DNA of 37,298 bases from a virus (lineage: Duplodnaviria; Caudoviricetes). The translations under genes and the position numbers were made by a program. Below the pieces are notes generated by a model that was given only the letters and a program-made list of their open reading frames with translations, was not told the origin of the DNA and did not search any database. This document shows positions 34,656-37,298 of this stretch, in pieces (within the stretch, counting starts at the first letter, position 1; each line of letters begins with the position of its first letter). Location of the stretch: positions 1-37,298 of IMG/VR virus record IMGVR_UViG_3300032332_000938. One strand, 5' to 3'.

Positions 34656-34861
34656 TGGCTGGTCGTGTGTCGTATTCGAGGGATTTGATTGACGAGTTTG
34701 GGTTGTCTGCTTCTCGTTTTAAGCATTCTGATTCGGATGGTTATGGTGTTTTGTCTGTTCGTGATATGCGCCGTGTGTTGTGTGCTCGTGTGGGTGTTGA
34801 TATTGAGCGTGAGGCGCTTCGTCGTAGGCGTGAGGAGTCTGGTGGTTCTGGTGAGTGTTAG
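34655..34861 (+). CDS. small hypothetical protein (possible HTH)
   Basis: TGATG overlap; SVRDM...L....GV.I..EALRR. Confidence 0.6.
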   Translation: MAGRVSYSRDLIDEFGLSASRFKHSDSDGYGVLSVRDMRRVLCARVGVDIEREALRRRREESGGSGEC

Positions 34862-35099
34862 TACGAGGTTGTCTGGTTCGTTGATGCCTGATTGTGAGTT
34901 GGTTCCTGTGGTTTCGACGGCTGGGTTTCGTGAGGGTGATGTGGTGCAGTTTGTGACGAAGTTGGAGGATCGGCGTGAGACTGCGTTGGTTTTGTCGGTG
35001 ATTAAGCATTCTGCGTTGGTTGTGGATCGGTGGGAGTCTTCTCGTGGGCAGTTTGGTCCTGGTGCGTTTGTTGAGCGTGTGGGGCGGGTTGTGTTGTGA
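34851..35099 (+). CDS. small SH3/KOW-like hypothetical protein
   Basis: GAGGAG RBS, GTG start; FREGDVVQF motif. Confidence 0.55.
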   Translation: MSVSTRLSGSLMPDCELVPVVSTAGFREGDVVQFVTKLEDRRETALVLSVIKHSALVVDRWESSRGQFGPGAFVERVGRVVL

Positions 35100-35347
35100 T
35101 TTGTGATGTGTGTGGTGGGCCTACGGTTGAGGTGGTTGTGGCTGGGTCTGTGGTTGTTTTGTGTGATGGTGTGTGTTGTGATCCTGGGTGTTGTGCGTTG
35201 GGTGAGTGTGATTCTTCTGGGCGGTCGGGGTTGGTGTCGCATCGTGGTGCGAAGACGCGGATTGTGTCTGGTTCGCGGGGTGTGTGGCGTGAGGTGTCTG
35301 GGTTTGATCCGGTGTCGGGTGTGGATTTGTGGGGGCGTGGGTTGTGA
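35096..35347 (+). CDS. Cys-rich hypothetical protein
   Basis: GTGA overlaps at both ends; CDVCG and further Cys clusters. Confidence 0.6.
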   Translation: MICDVCGGPTVEVVVAGSVVVLCDGVCCDPGCCALGECDSSGRSGLVSHRGAKTRIVSGSRGVWREVSGFDPVSGVDLWGRGL

Positions 35348-37221
35348 AGCCGACGCCGTTTCCTCGTGATGGGTCTCCGTTGGAGCAGTTGTATTGGCGG
35401 TTGGCGTTTGATTTGATGTGGGTTTGCGCTAATTTGGTGAAGATTACGGATAAGCAGAATCGTGTTGTTTCGCTTGTTTTTAATCGGGGTCAGCGTTGGG
35501 TTTATTGGAATATGTTGGATATGGAGCGTCGGGATTTGCCGGAGCGGTTGTGGATTTTGAAGGGCCGCCAGTTTGGTATTTCGACGTTGATGACTGCTGT
35601 TAATACGATTCGTGCGGTGCGTGGTGGTGGTGCGAATGCGTTGATGTTGGTTCATAAGGAGGCGCCTGGTAGGACGATGTTTCAGAAGGTTGAGCGTGTG
35701 TTGAAGAATTTGCCTTCTGTGCGGTCGAATAATCGGGTGATTTCGTTGGCGCCTAAGCCGACTACGCATAATACTGGGGATATTTTGGCGTGGAATACGC
35801 CGGCGTTGAATGCGTTGATTAAGCGTGAGTCTGGTGAGAATGTGGATGCTGGTGTTTCTGAGACGTACCAGTTGGCGCATTTGACGGAGGTTCCGTTGTG
35901 GAAGGATGCGCATCATACGATGGCTGGTTTTTTGCCGACGATGGCGAATAAGCCTGGTACGAGTATTGTGGGGGAGTTTACTGCTCGTAATGAGGGTGAT
36001 TATACGCATGGGGTGTGGCAGTCTGCGATGCAGGGTTTGTCGATGTTTCGTGCGATTTTTTTGCCGTGGTATTGGCATGAGGATTATGTGCGTGAGAGGC
36101 GGGTTGATGATCGTCCGTTTTCGCGTGAGGAGCGGGAGTATCGAGCGATGGTGGCTCGGTTGGGGTATGAGTATCCTCTTGTTGATGGTGGGGGTTCGGT
36201 GCTGTTGAAGAAGAAGTTTGTTGGGTTGAATTCGAAGCGTGGGTTGTTGCCGTCTGATTTGGCGGTTGGTTTTAAGTTGTCTGATGAGCAGTTGTTGTGG
36301 CGTCGTGATGTGTTGGAGTCGTTTCGGGGTGATTTTGATCGGTTTAAGCGTGAGTTTCCGGCGCATCCTGAGGAGGCGTTTAGTACTGGTGGTCGGCGTT
36401 TGATTCCTGCTGGTGTGATGGATGCGTTGGATGTGGCGGGTTCTGCGGTTGAGTTGTTGGATCGTGGTGAGTATGAGGCGTTTCGTGGGTCGAATGGTCG
36501 GTCGAAGCGGGTTTATCGTAAGCGTGATGATGGTCGGGTGTGGCGTTGGGAGGCTCCTCGGGCTGGGGCGTATTATGTGGTGTGTGCGGATCCTGCGAGT
36601 GGTGTGGGTGATGATTTTTGTGGTGCGCATGTGTTGAGGGTGGAGTTTAAGCGGGTTGTGGTTGTTGCTTCTTTTCAGGGGAAGGAGCGGCCGCATGAGT
36701 TTGCGCGTGTGTTGTCTCGGATGGGGCAGCATTATCGGTCTGGTGCGGTTGAGGATTTGGAGGGTCGGGTGTCTGGTGGGTCTCCGTCGTTGGTTGTGGT
36801 GGAGCGTAATGGGTTTGGTGAGCATGTTTTGTATGAGTTGGATCAGACGTTGAGGTATCGTCGGTTGTATCGGCAGGATTTGCAGGGTAAGTCTGATAAT
36901 TGGAAGTATGGTCATCGGCTTGGTTTGGGGATTACTAAGTCTACGAAGATGCCGATTTTGCAGCATTTGGTGCAGTTGGCGTTTGATGGGAACATTGTGG
37001 TTCCGTGTTCTCGGACGAGGGCTGAGTTGCGGTCTTTGATGTTTTTGGATGATTTTGATGCTACTGCTGGTGCGCCTCGTGGGTTGCATGATGATTTGGC
37101 TATGTCGTTTGCTGAGGGTGTGTTTGTTGCGGCTCAGAAGGGGGCGTATAGGAGGGAGTTTTTTGAGTTTGGGGATGTTGGGGATAATAGTGGTAGGATG
37201 TTCCCGAAGGCGGGGCGTTAG
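35344..37221 (+). CDS. terminase large subunit
   Basis: Walker A ILKGRQFGIST, Walker B AHLTEV, coupling motif EFTA, F.PW, FKREFP..PEEAF, nuclease ADPASG...D, VERNG.G, HDDL.M. Confidence 0.95.
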   Translation: MKPTPFPRDGSPLEQLYWRLAFDLMWVCANLVKITDKQNRVVSLVFNRGQRWVYWNMLDMERRDLPERLWILKGRQFGISTLMTAVNTIRAVRGGGANALMLVHKEAPGRTMFQKVERVLKNLPSVRSNNRVISLAPKPTTHNTGDILAWNTPALNALIKRESGENVDAGVSETYQLAHLTEVPLWKDAHHTMAGFLPTMANKPGTSIVGEFTARNEGDYTHGVWQSAMQGLSMFRAIFLPWYWHEDYVRERRVDDRPFSREEREYRAMVARLGYEYPLVDGGGSVLLKKKFVGLNSKRGLLPSDLAVGFKLSDEQLLWRRDVLESFRGDFDRFKREFPAHPEEAFSTGGRRLIPAGVMDALDVAGSAVELLDRGEYEAFRGSNGRSKRVYRKRDDGRVWRWEAPRAGAYYVVCADPASGVGDDFCGAHVLRVEFKRVVVVASFQGKERPHEFARVLSRMGQHYRSGAVEDLEGRVSGGSPSLVVVERNGFGEHVLYELDQTLRYRRLYRQDLQGKSDNWKYGHRLGLGITKSTKMPILQHLVQLAFDGNIVVPCSRTRAELRSLMFLDDFDATAGAPRGLHDDLAMSFAEGVFVAAQKGAYRREFFEFGDVGDNSGRMFPKAGR

Positions 37222-37239
37222 TTTTGTGAGGGGTTTTTG

Positions 37240-37298
37240 ATGGCTGGTATGATGCCGGGGGCTAGTGGGCTTCCTTCTGATGGTGGTTTTCCGATGGA
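37240..37298 (+). CDS. 5' fragment of the Met/Gly/Pro-rich gene continuing at the window start
   Basis: GAGGGG RBS, MAGMMPGASGLPSDGGFPM..., runs off the end. Confidence 0.7.
   Translation, partial: MAGMMPGASGLPSDGGFPM

Noticed and set aside
33974-37089. Very long minus-strand ORFs (695 aa and 422 aa) and similar antisense ORFs elsewhere (401-1189, 3194-4009, 6987-8000)
   Set aside because: Shadow frames: the G/T skew removes stop codons from the opposite strand; products are Thr/Ile/Arg/Pro/His-biased with no motifs.

Overview
This window is an almost complete, circularly permuted genome of a tailed dsDNA phage with a podovirus-like (P22/T7-type) gene set: there is no tape measure or sheath gene, and ejection-protein-like genes are present. 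The order is terminase module (34.0-37.2 kb), portal, scaffold, major capsid, accessory virion and tail proteins, adaptor/nozzle, putative ejection proteins, a virion lytic enzyme and lysis cassette (0-23.4 kb, + strand). Next come a leftward DNA-metabolism operon with a split SNF2 helicase (23.4-27.8 kb), a secreted Rpf/lysozyme-like protein, a primase-polymerase/helicase fusion and VRR-NUC (27.9-31.9 kb, +). A leftward early operon follows, with a small serine recombinase, a pentapeptide-repeat protein and an AlpA-like HTH (31.9-33.6 kb). I see no DNA polymerase, tyrosine integrase, CI-type repressor, CRISPR array or full tRNA. An actinobacterial host is inferred, not proven, from the Rpf-like gene and apparently leaderless transcripts. 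The most notable observations are: (1) extreme, gene-direction-independent G/T versus A/C strand asymmetry that flips at about 31.0 kb; (2) a leader of the prim-pol gene able to form two mutually exclusive pseudoknots, one of them blocking the start region; (3) a secreted Rpf-like enzyme in the replication region; (4) twin C-loop-type hairpins ahead of the capsid gene; (5) a minimal tRNA-elbow-like element in the early operon; (6) a mini-paralog of the scaffold; (7) a helicase split between its Q-motif and Walker A. All calls come from reading the sequence by eye; no searches or folding programs were run.
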